Shown in pieces: positions 44,049-53,804 of a stretch of 64,000 nt of DNA. Under the pieces are notes generated by a model. The model worked only from the letters and a program-made list of their open reading frames with translations, was not told where the DNA came from and made no database searches. The position numbers and the translations under genes are program-made. The stretch's first letter is position 1. Each line of letters begins with the position of its first letter. The stretch is from an uncultured Acidobacteriota bacterium (GTDB taxonomy: Bacteria; Acidobacteriota; UBA6911): positions 34,010-98,009 of the forward strand of contig CAWHCF010000035.1 in the NCBI GenBank assembly GCA_963827655.1, read 5' to 3'.

Positions 44049-44373
44049 CTTTGGAGTGCGCAAGCTTGCTTGCGCCTTGTGCTGCGGCAGCTTGCTGCGC
44101 CTGGAGTTTGGACATTTCGCAGCCACAGAAGCATCCGAGTGCCGTTATCCAGGGCCGAAGGCCCGGCAGTGAATAGCCCCGCCCGTAAGGGCGGGGGACT
44201 GGGAGACCCGGAGTCCGAGGTCCGAAGGACCGGCACTCCGACCGTGTCGCACCTTCGGCGCTCAGGGTTGTGAGACCCGATTTCCCCGGCCTTACCGGCC
44301 GCACTGTCGGCCCTACGGGCCTGCGGCAGCTTGCTGCCGCGGGTACGGGATGGCCAAGCTCCACCGCACTCCA
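44049..44373. repeat. Nested REP/REPIN-like palindrome cluster
   Basis: Outer TTGGAGTGCG...CGCACTCCA pair with GCGGCAGCTTGCTGCCGC; inner hairpins CCCCGCCCGTAAGGGCGGGG and GGTCCGAAGGACC; related units at 19226-19252 and 38449-38502. Confidence 0.75.
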
Positions 44374-44514
44374 GCTACGTTACCGTAAATGAGAAATGCT
44401 GGAATCACCAAGCCCCGTGGTTAACCTGTGCGAGTGTATCTTGACCGGCGGACAGGCAGAGCCATATTCTACCGAAGCTTCCGATGGATGGAACCTTTAT
44501 TCACACGCCATTCC

Positions 44515-44823
44515 ATGACTAGACGAGACTTCAAAAATTTCCAGCAGTTCTATCCCTTCTATCTCGCCGAACACAGTAACCGGACGTGCAGGCGACTGCA
44601 TTTCATCGGCACCACCCTGGTCCTGGCAACGGTGGTCTACGCAGTCGTAACCCAAATCTGGGGAGCACTGGCGGCGCTGCCCGTAATCGGATACGGATTC
44701 GCCTGGATCGGCCACGCATTCTTTGAGAAGAACCGGCCCGCAAGCTTCACCTTCCCGCTCTATAGTCTCATGGGTGATTGGGTGATGTTCAAAGACATGT
44801 TAACCGGACGGATCAAATTCTAA
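44515..44823 (+). CDS. DUF962 (Mpo1-like) membrane protein
   Basis: FYPFYLAEHSN, RRLHFIGT, GYGFAWIGHAFFEKNRPA, YSLMGDW. Confidence 0.9.
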   Translation: MTRRDFKNFQQFYPFYLAEHSNRTCRRLHFIGTTLVLATVVYAVVTQIWGALAALPVIGYGFAWIGHAFFEKNRPASFTFPLYSLMGDWVMFKDMLTGRIKF

Positions 44824-44896
44824 CCCGGCTTCCCTGGACGGTTTTGAGTTAGACTGCGGACCATGAACAGCTTTCTTTGCGCAAAGGCGAGACCGG

Positions 44897-45436
44897 ATGA
44901 AACGAACCGTGGTGGTATCGACACTGATAGTGGTATGCGCGGTTCTCGTTTTGGCGCAAGCACCGCAGGCACCCAAGCCAGGACCGGAGCACCAGAAGCT
45001 CGCAGCTTTTATCGGGAACTGGACTTTCGATGGAGAGGCGAAGTCCGGTCCAATGGGGAAAGGCGGCAAAGTTACCGGCACCGAAACAATTCAATGGCTG
45101 CCCGGAGGATTCTTCATCGAGCGCCGTTTCGAGGGCAAAGTGCCCTGGGGCGAGATGAAGGGTCTGGAGATCATAGGTTACGATTCGGTCCCAAAAGTGT
45201 ACACGTATGCGGCCTTCGACAATGTGGGATCGACCGAATCGGGGACGATGACGGTGAGCGGTAACACGTGGAACGTCAATGGAAGGACGAACCTGAGCGG
45301 AAAATCGATACAAGAACGCTGCACGTTGACGCTCGTTAATGGTGGAACATCGCTGCATATAAAGTGCGACAGCTCTACAGAAGGCACGACTTGGACGCCG
45401 AGCTTCGAAGGGAAAGCCACCAAATCGAAGTCATAA
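44897..45436 (+). CDS. Exported DUF1579-like protein
   Basis: PKPGPEHQKL..FIGNW, WLPGGFFI, IGYD. Confidence 0.8.
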   Translation: MKRTVVVSTLIVVCAVLVLAQAPQAPKPGPEHQKLAAFIGNWTFDGEAKSGPMGKGGKVTGTETIQWLPGGFFIERRFEGKVPWGEMKGLEIIGYDSVPKVYTYAAFDNVGSTESGTMTVSGNTWNVNGRTNLSGKSIQERCTLTLVNGGTSLHIKCDSSTEGTTWTPSFEGKATKSKS

Positions 45437-45459
45437 GACGCACCCGCTAGCGGTTGACG

Positions 45460-48400
45460 ATGTTTGCCCGATTCCTGTTTGGCGATGACGTCTTCATTTC
45501 CTATTCACGAAGAGACGGTGCCAAGTATGCCGCCGCTCTGGCGAATGAGCTGTCCCGGCCCGGAATCGGGTTCTCATGCTTTCTCGACCAGTGGGGAGCT
45601 TCGGCCGCAACGGAACTCTCCAGACCGGTGCTTCGGGCCCTGAGGCGGAGCTCCGTCCTCGTTCTCGTAGGCACGGCCGGTGCAGCCGCCTCGCCGATGG
45701 TGCAAGAAGAAGTCCAGCGGTTCGCGCAGCCCAGTCGTTTCCGGTCGCATCGACCTATCCTCCCCATCAACATCGACGGGGCCTTCGATCGAGTTCAATG
45801 GTCGGAGCTGACGGGATTGCACCGCGCCCCGGAAGCAGAGGAGGCACGGACTGACGGACGTCCCTCGGAAGCTGTCATCCGGCTGATCCGGAACTCCTAT
45901 ACGTTCACGCGACGTAATCAGCGCGTCCGCGGGCTCTCCCTGGGCGCGGTGGTGCTGCTGCTCGCCGCAATCGGCGTGAGCATCTATGCCACGCAGCAGA
46001 GGAAGACAGCGTCTACCGCAAAGCAGGAGGCACGGACAGCCCAGACGGAGGCGGAGGCAGCAGCCAGGAAAGCAAAGGAACAGGAGCAACTTGCCCGGGA
46101 GAATGCGGAGCGAGCGAACGAAAATGCTCGCCAGAGCGACCTTCACGCGGCGCAGGCGCGGGAGAATGCGGCGAAGGCGGAGCGTCAGCAGCGCCTGACG
46201 GAGCAGCAGACTGAAATTGCCGAGGCCCGCCTGCTGGCCGTAGAGGCGAATCTGGCCAGAGCGCAGAGGCCTGAACTGCTGCCCCGCAGCGTGCTCCTGG
46301 GCATCGAAGCCATTCGTAAGTTCCCGTCTGCTGAAACCGATCAGGCGCTGCGACAGGGACTGGATCTGCTGCCGCGCCAGATCGCCGCATTCAAACATAA
46401 CGATGAGGTGAACGCCGTCGCGTTCAGTCGGGACGGGAAGCGACTGGCGACGACGGGCAGGATCCGCGCCGTGCAGATGTGGGATGTCGGCAGCCGCGAA
46501 CCGGTCGCCTCACGAGTGGAATACCATGAGGCCTACGGCCCGGTCTATGCCGCCACGCTCAGCCCGAATTGGGAGTTGTTTGCGGCCGCGACACGGGATC
46601 TCAAAGTGCGCCTCTGGCGCGTGTCAACCGGAGGGTTGCACATTCCCCCACTCGAGCACAAACGGCCGGTCGGCGCCATTGCTTTCAGCCCGGATGGCAA
46701 GTATCTGGCGACCGGCGAGGACAAGACCGTAAGGGTCTGGGACGTGGCAAGCGGCCGGCCGGTGACGAGCATGACCACCGAGGGAGCCGACCTCTCAGGT
46801 GAGATCGCCGCAGTGGCGTTCGACCCTCCCGGCAAATACCTCGCCGCCGCCCGTCGGGAAGTTGTTCAAATTTGGGAAGCGACGACGGGCAAATTTGTCA
46901 GAACCCTTCGGCACCAAGGCGCCGCCAGAGCGCTCGTCTTCAGCCCCGCGGGACGCTACCTGGCAACCTCAACCGCGATGGGCCGAACCAACGTATGGAA
47001 GGCGGACAGCGGCGATTCCGTTGTCGAGCTGCACCATCCCGGCCAGGCGCCAATCGCTGCCTTCAGCCCGGACGAGCGGCTGCTGGCGACGGCAAACAGC
47101 GCCGACAGAGCCGTGCGCATCTGGCAGGTCGAGGATGGGAAGGAACTGGCGATTCTGCAACATGGGGCCGGCGTCCTGGCGGTCTTATTCAGCCCGGACG
47201 GCAGACATCTGGCGAGTGCGAGCGCCGATCATACCGGGCGAGTCTGGGACATGACGAGCTATCGCGAGGTGGCTCGCATGGTTCATGGCGAGAGTGTCCG
47301 AGCCGCGACGTTCAGTCCGGACGGGCGGTATCTGGCGACTGCGAGCGCCGACGGAACCGCGCGTCTATGGGAAGCGACGACCCCCGCCCAAGGCATGCCG
47401 CAGAAGTACCGGGACTTCACAACGTCTCTCGCATTTGGCTCACGCGGCGCATACCTGGCCACTGTCGGCCAGGACGAGGCGCTCGAGTGGTGGGACGCGG
47501 CCGCCGGCAGGGTCCATCGACTGGAGCATGGCGAGGACGCGCGGGCGCTGGCCTTGAGTCCCGACGGGCGATTCATAGCGCTGGTTCTGAAGGGAGGTAT
47601 TGCGGAAGATCGTGACAATACCGTTGAGGTTCGCGAGGTGACGAGCGAACGTGTGATCGCTCGCCTGAACCATGCAGGCGTTCGAGACTGGGACGAGATT
47701 CGCAGACAGGAGGCAGCGCGCGGAGTGTCCTATCGCGTGTACACACCGGCAATCGATGAAATGAGGAAGGCCGGGAGTGTTGCCGTTGAATCATTCAGTC
47801 TCGATGGGCGATATCTGGTGACGAAGGCTGTCGATCGGACCACGAGAGTCGCCCGGGTCTGGGATGTCACGGCGGCACGCGAGGTGCAGCGCATAGAGTA
47901 TCCCTACAACAGCTCGTTCGATGTAACGTTCAGCCCCGATAACAAGCTCCTGGCAACGGTGATAAGACCAGGCCAGCCGGCGAGTGAAGAGAGCACTGTG
48001 CAGGTATGGCAACTGAGCGACGGACGCGAACTGCCTCACCTGAGAACGCGAGGCCTCGCTTCCGTTGTGTTCAGTCCGGATGGACGCCACCTGGCAATTT
48101 CGAGCGCCGGCGTGCAGACACGGACGGGCACTGTAACGGTTCGGGAGGTCGCAAGCGGGAACCGAGTCTCATCCTTCCAGGATCAGGACTACGTTCGTGA
48201 TCTTGTATTCAGCCCGGACGGCAAGTTCCTGCTGACGAGAGACGTCGCGAGGGTCGCGCATCTCCGAGAGGGAGCGACTTGCCGGGAAGTCCGCTTCCTC
48301 GGGGGCCTCGGCGACGGCCCTGCAAGCTTCAGCGCGGATGGTCGGTACCTGGCTGCAAGCCGGCGTGACCACCAGGCCCGAGTCTGGGTAGTGACGGTCT

Positions 48401-48798
48401 GGGACCTGAGCCGGGGGGAGTCACGCGCCTCCTTCAAACAGGAGGGACAGGTAAGTGCTGTGGCCTTCAGTCCGGATGCGAAGTACCTGGCGACCGCGAG
48501 CCACGAAGACCGCACGGCGCGCGTCTGGGAACCGGAAGGACAAAGAGAAGTAGCCCGGGTGACGCTGAATGAGCCTGTCACAGCTGTCGCCTTCAGTCCT
48601 GATGGACGCCACTTCGTGACTGGAGAAAGCAACGGGACCGCGCGGGTGTGGCTGTGGCACCCGGAGGATCTGATCGAGGCCGCCTGTGCCCGGCTGACCG
48701 TCGAGCTCACGGCCGACGAATGGCGGCGATACCTGCCCAACGAACCGCCGCGCCAACCCTGTCGGGCCGTGCAGACATCAAAGAAGCTGCCGAAGTGA
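45460..48798 (+). CDS. TIR domain - TM - coiled coil - WD40 repeat protein
   Basis: DVFISYSRRDG...SPMVQEE; TM GLSLGAVVLLLAAIGVSIYA; many FSPDG...ASAD..ARxW repeats. Confidence 0.9.
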   Translation: MFARFLFGDDVFISYSRRDGAKYAAALANELSRPGIGFSCFLDQWGASAATELSRPVLRALRRSSVLVLVGTAGAAASPMVQEEVQRFAQPSRFRSHRPILPINIDGAFDRVQWSELTGLHRAPEAEEARTDGRPSEAVIRLIRNSYTFTRRNQRVRGLSLGAVVLLLAAIGVSIYATQQRKTASTAKQEARTAQTEAEAAARKAKEQEQLARENAERANENARQSDLHAAQARENAAKAERQQRLTEQQTEIAEARLLAVEANLARAQRPELLPRSVLLGIEAIRKFPSAETDQALRQGLDLLPRQIAAFKHNDEVNAVAFSRDGKRLATTGRIRAVQMWDVGSREPVASRVEYHEAYGPVYAATLSPNWELFAAATRDLKVRLWRVSTGGLHIPPLEHKRPVGAIAFSPDGKYLATGEDKTVRVWDVASGRPVTSMTTEGADLSGEIAAVAFDPPGKYLAAARREVVQIWEATTGKFVRTLRHQGAARALVFSPAGRYLATSTAMGRTNVWKADSGDSVVELHHPGQAPIAAFSPDERLLATANSADRAVRIWQVEDGKELAILQHGAGVLAVLFSPDGRHLASASADHTGRVWDMTSYREVARMVHGESVRAATFSPDGRYLATASADGTARLWEATTPAQGMPQKYRDFTTSLAFGSRGAYLATVGQDEALEWWDAAAGRVHRLEHGEDARALALSPDGRFIALVLKGGIAEDRDNTVEVREVTSERVIARLNHAGVRDWDEIRRQEAARGVSYRVYTPAIDEMRKAGSVAVESFSLDGRYLVTKAVDRTTRVARVWDVTAAREVQRIEYPYNSSFDVTFSPDNKLLATVIRPGQPASEESTVQVWQLSDGRELPHLRTRGLASVVFSPDGRHLAISSAGVQTRTGTVTVREVASGNRVSSFQDQDYVRDLVFSPDGKFLLTRDVARVAHLREGATCREVRFLGGLGDGPASFSADGRYLAASRRDHQARVWVVTVWDLSRGESRASFKQEGQVSAVAFSPDAKYLATASHEDRTARVWEPEGQREVARVTLNEPVTAVAFSPDGRHFVTGESNGTARVWLWHPEDLIEAACARLTVELTADEWRRYLPNEPPRQPCRAVQTSKKLPK

Positions 48799-48837
48799 AT
48801 CCGTGACGCTGTGACCTTCTGGTTTCTTTGCCACGGA

Positions 48838-50064
48838 TCATGCGGATTTTACGGAGTTGATGCGATCGCGGCGCTTGGCGCCGGTGTCAATCGAGTAGAG
48901 CCGCACGTCGCCCAGCTGCGCGCGGATAAAGTCTTCCAATTCCTCGATCGCGTTGGCGAGCGTTTTCCTGTTCGCGGCGGGCATGTCTTCAAGCGTTGAC
49001 CATACCACCCGTTCTTCCTCCGGATCATACTCCCAAAGGCCCAGGAGCCGCCCCTGTAGGACGATGGCATTATGGTGCAGGCTGTCGAGCTCGCCCAGTG
49101 CGACCTCCCTGTTGTGCGAGTCGAGCACTTTACGTTTCTGCGCCCGGGCTCCGAGGAAGGGCGCGAGGCCGCGCCGGAAGTATAAATAATTGTCGCGGAA
49201 AGGGAGAAAGATGCAGCGGCGCTCGTGGAGAACGGCGCTTTGCCGGACAAGCGAATCCAATTGCTCTTCCTCGATCCAGGCCTCGTCGGCCCAACCGGTC
49301 ACCGAAACCGGCTTGAGCTTGAGTCCTTCCATGCCGGCGCGCCCATCTTTCTGGCTGGAGCCGGCCCACCAGGCAAATTCTTTCAGGGTGGCCGGCGCCG
49401 CCCAGCGAAAAAACCGGCGTGCCATCTCGCGCATAGCGTCTGCGGCGGAGGGTTGTAGTTGAGACCTCTTCGCCGGCAGTCGGTAGGAATGGCGGCTCGA
49501 ATCAAGCTGTCGGTTCGACGGGAATCGGTGGACGGCCCCTTCCGCCCAGAGGTGTCGAAGAACAAAGCTCAACAGCGAGCTCTCTCCGAATGGTCTCCCT
49601 TCCGGTCCCAGGCTACGCACGAGATGGGGCGGCAGGTTCTCGCGCAGTTCGTCCGAGGTCCGAGGCCCGGCTTTTAGTATGGTCGTGATGGCCCGGGCCA
49701 GATCCGCCAGCTCGCGCTCTTCCAGCCTGCAGGCCAGGCTGACCTTCTTGAAACGGGCCCGATAAGAATCGCTGACAAACTGGATGGCCAGCGAACGGTC
49801 TTCGGCGGGAACCAGCATGCTGGCGCGCATGGTAGGAACGTCGACGATGCTCTCGTCGTCGAATACGGCGCGGTCCACATCGCTGCGGCCGCATTTCGGC
49901 ATTCGTGCCCGGATCGCGAGATAGGGGCTGGTCGAGCCGGGCGAATAAATCCATCCAGAGCTGCGCAGGACATCGGCGACGCTTCCCTCGATCGGCGGGT
50001 CGAGTCCCTGGCGCTTCATCCAGAACGCTCGAACCTGCTCGGTGCTCGCCTTCACTGGTCTCAA
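48838..50064 (-). CDS. Winged-helix (HTH_42) AlkZ/YcaQ-like DNA glycosylase-family protein
   Basis: QVRAFWMKRQGL, PYLAIRAR, MRAS, RRFFRWAAPATLKEFAWWAG, FLPFRDNY, GRLLGLW. Confidence 0.75.
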   Translation of the reverse strand: MRPVKASTEQVRAFWMKRQGLDPPIEGSVADVLRSSGWIYSPGSTSPYLAIRARMPKCGRSDVDRAVFDDESIVDVPTMRASMLVPAEDRSLAIQFVSDSYRARFKKVSLACRLEERELADLARAITTILKAGPRTSDELRENLPPHLVRSLGPEGRPFGESSLLSFVLRHLWAEGAVHRFPSNRQLDSSRHSYRLPAKRSQLQPSAADAMREMARRFFRWAAPATLKEFAWWAGSSQKDGRAGMEGLKLKPVSVTGWADEAWIEEEQLDSLVRQSAVLHERRCIFLPFRDNYLYFRRGLAPFLGARAQKRKVLDSHNREVALGELDSLHHNAIVLQGRLLGLWEYDPEEERVVWSTLEDMPAANRKTLANAIEELEDFIRAQLGDVRLYSIDTGAKRRDRINSVKSA

Positions 50065-50140
50065 GGACGTACCGAAAGATTACAGAAGACGGAATCCAGG
50101 ACACAAAAGCCCGCCCGCCGGCCGTCCAACGGGTTACTAA

Positions 50141-50373
50141 GGGTTCGCGCAGAAATAAGTTCGCATTCTGCTGCAGGCCCCCAGGCCCGCTGGCGAGGCG
50201 CGAGCGACGATGCGTACCCGGTGCGGTACGTGAGGAGCGAGCAACAAAGCCAGCGGGTCTGCGGGCCGCAGCCCGAAGGGGCGCGATCCTTCGCGTGCTT
50301 AACGAACAGAAACCGGTCCATGATTGACTACCGACTCTCGCGCCAGAATGTGAAGTTATTTCTGCGCGAGCCC
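50141..50373. mobile_element. 233-bp MITE with 30-bp TIRs and TAA target duplication
   Basis: 50141-50170 vs 50344-50373 match 27/30 as inverted repeats; TAA at 50138-50140 and 50374-50376. Confidence 0.85.
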
Positions 50374-50456
50374 TAAGGAAAGCCGGGGCGCGGCAGTGAA
50401 CCTAGTGATGATCATCAGGGTTGCCGGTGCTGCTTTCGCACTTCAAATTGATTAAG

Positions 50457-52928
50457 TCAGCCCGGGCAAACCACTTGCCGTGCGAGTTCCTGGAAGCGAG
50501 CGGTGGCGCGCAAGTTGTCGAATCGTGGATCCACGGTCACCGCCCGCAAAAACCAGGAACAGCGCTCGTCGTGAGCTTTTGCCAGGCAGCAGATCGCCCG
50601 ATCCGTGTCGCCCAGGCCAGCATGAATTGCGGCGACCAAGGTTTGAGGAACATACTTTGCGTGAACCGCTTGCTCTAATTGATCGAGTATGTGTTGCGCC
50701 TGATCCTTCTGTCCTGCTGCGGCAAAGACGCCGCCTAAAGCAGCGGTCACGAGCGTGCTGTTGTTGGAAAGGATTCTAGCCTGTTCGAGCTCGGATACCG
50801 CATTGGTGAAGAGCCCGCTTTCCTGGTAGGCCAGGCCGAGAAAAAAGCGTGTTGGGAAGAAGGTCGGATCCAGATCGATTGCTCTCCGGCCATGCTCAAT
50901 CGCCTGCTCATAGAGATGGCCAAAATGGTAGGACATCACCACCCCGGCGTTGATGTGCAACGAGAGAGGATCGAGCTCCAGGGCTTGATATATTTCAGCT
51001 ATACCTTGCTCGACTTGTCCTGTCAGGATCAAGACATCGGAGAGCGTTTGCCGTGCCCTGGGATAGTTTGGATCTAGCGCCAGGGATGCCCGCAACTCCT
51101 GTTCCGCGCCGGTCAAGTCCCAATCATAGAAGACCTTTAAAGCTCCCAGGACTGTGCGCGCCTCGGGTAAGTCTGGATCGATTTCGATCGCTTTGTAAGC
51201 GGCAGCGCGTGCTTTTGGGAATGCGTCTTTCGGAGGAAGATGGCAATAGATCGCCATAGGTACATACCCCTCGGCGAGTCCCGCGTAAGCCAGTGAATAC
51301 ATGGGGTCGGCCTCTATGGCCTGGCGGAAATACTGAAGCGCCTTATGTAATGCCTCCTCGGTCCTCTTTGCCCAATAAAACCGTCCCTTAAGATAACTGT
51401 GATATGCCTGCACGTTATCCGTTTGACGTCTGGCTAAGACGCTCTGCTTCTCCGGGGTAAGCTTCATACGCAGTTTTTCCAAGATCTCCTTGGCGATCTC
51501 TTCTTCGGTCGCGAAGATGTCCTCGGACTTTCGCCTGTACTGCGCTCCCCACAACTGCCAGCCATTTTCGACATCGATGAGTTCGGCACTGACGAGCAGG
51601 ATGTCGCTGCGTTGCACTACTCTTCCCGTCACGACAACCCCCACCCCGAGCGTCTTGCCGATCGTCTGGGCGTCTTCCAGGCGGCCTTTGTATCGAAAGA
51701 CCGTGCTGCGCGCGGTTACGTGAAGTTGGGGCAGCTGCGAGAGGCTGAAGATTATGCTTTCGGTGAGCCCATCGCTGAGGTATTCCATTTGCGGATCGCC
51801 GCTCGAGTTCTCGAATGGTAGAACTGCGAGCGAGGCGACGGCGCGACGCCCCTCGATAGCCGGCCCGGGATCGGTGTCTCGCGCAGGCGCCTGAAGCTCA
51901 GTACGGGCCCGGGCGATGGATTGCAGGCGGCGCCCTGCCTCTTTTTGAAGGCACCAGCGCAGCAAGTCTCTTACTCGAGCAGGGGTTTTGGAAGGCAGCA
52001 CTCCCCAATCCGGCTCCGACTTCAGTACCGACGCGATGATCTCGGCGGTGCTCGCGCCAGGAAACGGGCGTTGCCCCGTCAGCAGTTCATAAAGGAGGCA
52101 ACCGAACGACCAGATATCGGCGCGCTGGTCGGTCGGATCGCCGCGCAACTGCTCCGGACTCATGTAAGCCGTCGTACCCAGGATTACTCCGGGTTGCGTC
52201 ATCGCCGTCTGGGTGCTGGATGGATCGCCTCCTGGGCCGAGAGGTTTGGCCAGCCCGAAGTCCAGAACCTTGACACGGCCCTCGGGCGTAACTTTGACGT
52301 TTGCCGGCTTGATGTCTCTGTGAGTAATTCCTCTTCGATGTGCCGCATCGAGCGCCTCCGCAATATCGGCGCAGATCTGTAAGGCTTCCTCTATCGGGAG
52401 TGCGCCCGCTGCCAACCGCTCGGCAAGCGTTTGGCCGTCGACTAATTCCATCACGAGACAGTGCACGTCCCCGTACTCCTCGAACCCATGAACGGTCGCG
52501 ATGTTTGGGTGATTGAATGCCGCCAGTATCTGCGCCTCCCGGTGAAACCGGGATAGGCGTTCAGGGTCGTGCACGACGGAGGAAGGCAAAACTTTGATGG
52601 CCACCTGGCGCGCCAGCCTGGTGTCTCTGGCCCGATAGACCTCTCCCATGCCGCCTGCGCCAAGCGGAGAGAGAATGACGTACGCGCCGATCTGTGTTCC
52701 TACCGAGGGATGTTTCGGAGGCTTTGCGAGCTTGCTGGTAACGTCCCGGGTCAAATCCTCCCGCGATCCCGGAGTCGATCGTTTCTGAGCCAGCAATGTT
52801 TCGACTTCCGCGCGCAGCGCATGATCTGCGGCGCAAGCTGCTTCGAGAAAGGCGACACGCCGGTCCTCTGGCTGATCGAGGACTGACTGATAGAGCTTCT
52901 CGATTTGGCGCTGTCGATCGGAGGTCAT
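50457..52928 (-). CDS. Ser/Thr kinase with TolB-N-like (LAVLPF) domain and TPRs
   Basis: GAGGMGEVY, HRDIKPAN, DFG, YMSPEQ; SLAVLPFEN, YLSDGLTE; TPRs. Confidence 0.93.
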   Translation of the reverse strand: MTSDRQRQIEKLYQSVLDQPEDRRVAFLEAACAADHALRAEVETLLAQKRSTPGSREDLTRDVTSKLAKPPKHPSVGTQIGAYVILSPLGAGGMGEVYRARDTRLARQVAIKVLPSSVVHDPERLSRFHREAQILAAFNHPNIATVHGFEEYGDVHCLVMELVDGQTLAERLAAGALPIEEALQICADIAEALDAAHRRGITHRDIKPANVKVTPEGRVKVLDFGLAKPLGPGGDPSSTQTAMTQPGVILGTTAYMSPEQLRGDPTDQRADIWSFGCLLYELLTGQRPFPGASTAEIIASVLKSEPDWGVLPSKTPARVRDLLRWCLQKEAGRRLQSIARARTELQAPARDTDPGPAIEGRRAVASLAVLPFENSSGDPQMEYLSDGLTESIIFSLSQLPQLHVTARSTVFRYKGRLEDAQTIGKTLGVGVVVTGRVVQRSDILLVSAELIDVENGWQLWGAQYRRKSEDIFATEEEIAKEILEKLRMKLTPEKQSVLARRQTDNVQAYHSYLKGRFYWAKRTEEALHKALQYFRQAIEADPMYSLAYAGLAEGYVPMAIYCHLPPKDAFPKARAAAYKAIEIDPDLPEARTVLGALKVFYDWDLTGAEQELRASLALDPNYPRARQTLSDVLILTGQVEQGIAEIYQALELDPLSLHINAGVVMSYHFGHLYEQAIEHGRRAIDLDPTFFPTRFFLGLAYQESGLFTNAVSELEQARILSNNSTLVTAALGGVFAAAGQKDQAQHILDQLEQAVHAKYVPQTLVAAIHAGLGDTDRAICCLAKAHDERCSWFLRAVTVDPRFDNLRATARFQELARQVVCPG

Positions 52929-52950
52929 CGGCTCGGCGCCGTCCTCGTAC

Positions 52951-53646
52951 TCATACAAGTGTCGTGCCCTGCTTGTGTTCTTTACAGTGTTTTGCCAGGA
53001 AATCGAGGGTGCGCTGCCAGGCGAGCTTTGCTGACTCAGGATCGTAATAAGGAGAGGAATCGTTGCCGAACGCATGGTTTGCCGGATAGCGATAGAATTC
53101 GTAGCGCACGTTCCCCTCCTTGAGCTTTGCCTCTAGCGCATCGACTTGGGCGGGTGTGAAATAATAGTCATTCAGCGCGAAGTGACCCTGCAAAGGAATG
53201 CGGATAGTGCGCACGTCGCCGGCCTCGTCCGGCGGAATGCCGTACCAGCACGATGCGGCCTCGATTTCTGGCACGAAGATCGCGGTAAGGATTGTGAGCG
53301 CACCTCCAAGACAGAAACCGACTGCGCCCACCCGGGTACCGCTCTGTGTGAGATGCAGGGCCGCGCCACGCAGGTCCTGAGTCGCCGCATCCTTGAAGTC
53401 TAAGGCTGCCATGAGGTGCGCTGCCTCCGCCGCTTCCAGCGTCACCTTGCCGCGGTACAGATCCGGTGCGAGCGCGCGATAACCGGCTGCGGCGATGCGA
53501 TCGACCACACTCTTTATATGATCGTCGAGGCCCCACCATTCCTGAATAACCAGGATCGCTGGGAACTTTCCGCCGCCCGCCGGGTGGGCATAATAGCCCG
53601 AGCACTTGCCGCCGTCAGGCCGTTTAAAGCTAATTTCTTCGCCCAT
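52951..53646 (-). CDS. Dienelactone hydrolase family protein
   Basis: VIQEWWGL, APDLY, GFCLGG, HAF. Confidence 0.95.
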   Translation of the reverse strand: MGEEISFKRPDGGKCSGYYAHPAGGGKFPAILVIQEWWGLDDHIKSVVDRIAAAGYRALAPDLYRGKVTLEAAEAAHLMAALDFKDAATQDLRGAALHLTQSGTRVGAVGFCLGGALTILTAIFVPEIEAASCWYGIPPDEAGDVRTIRIPLQGHFALNDYYFTPAQVDALEAKLKEGNVRYEFYRYPANHAFGNDSSPYYDPESAKLAWQRTLDFLAKHCKEHKQGTTLV

Positions 53647-53804
53647 GATAGCTTCCTTCTACAAGTCTCGACAGAGTCCCCGGATTGGGCCGATTCTACA
53701 CCCGAAGTGCGAGGATTTGGTCATGAGTTCGAGAGTCCGGACAACATGTGCCAAGGGATGGCTGATTTCACTTTGCGCGGCTTAGCTGCTTCGTTTTCCT
53801 CAGC

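Noticed and set aside
52929-53075. N-terminal extension of the kinase ORF to 53075
   Set aside because: Overlaps the dienelactone hydrolase gene; the family-typical start MTSDRQRQIEKLY is at 52928
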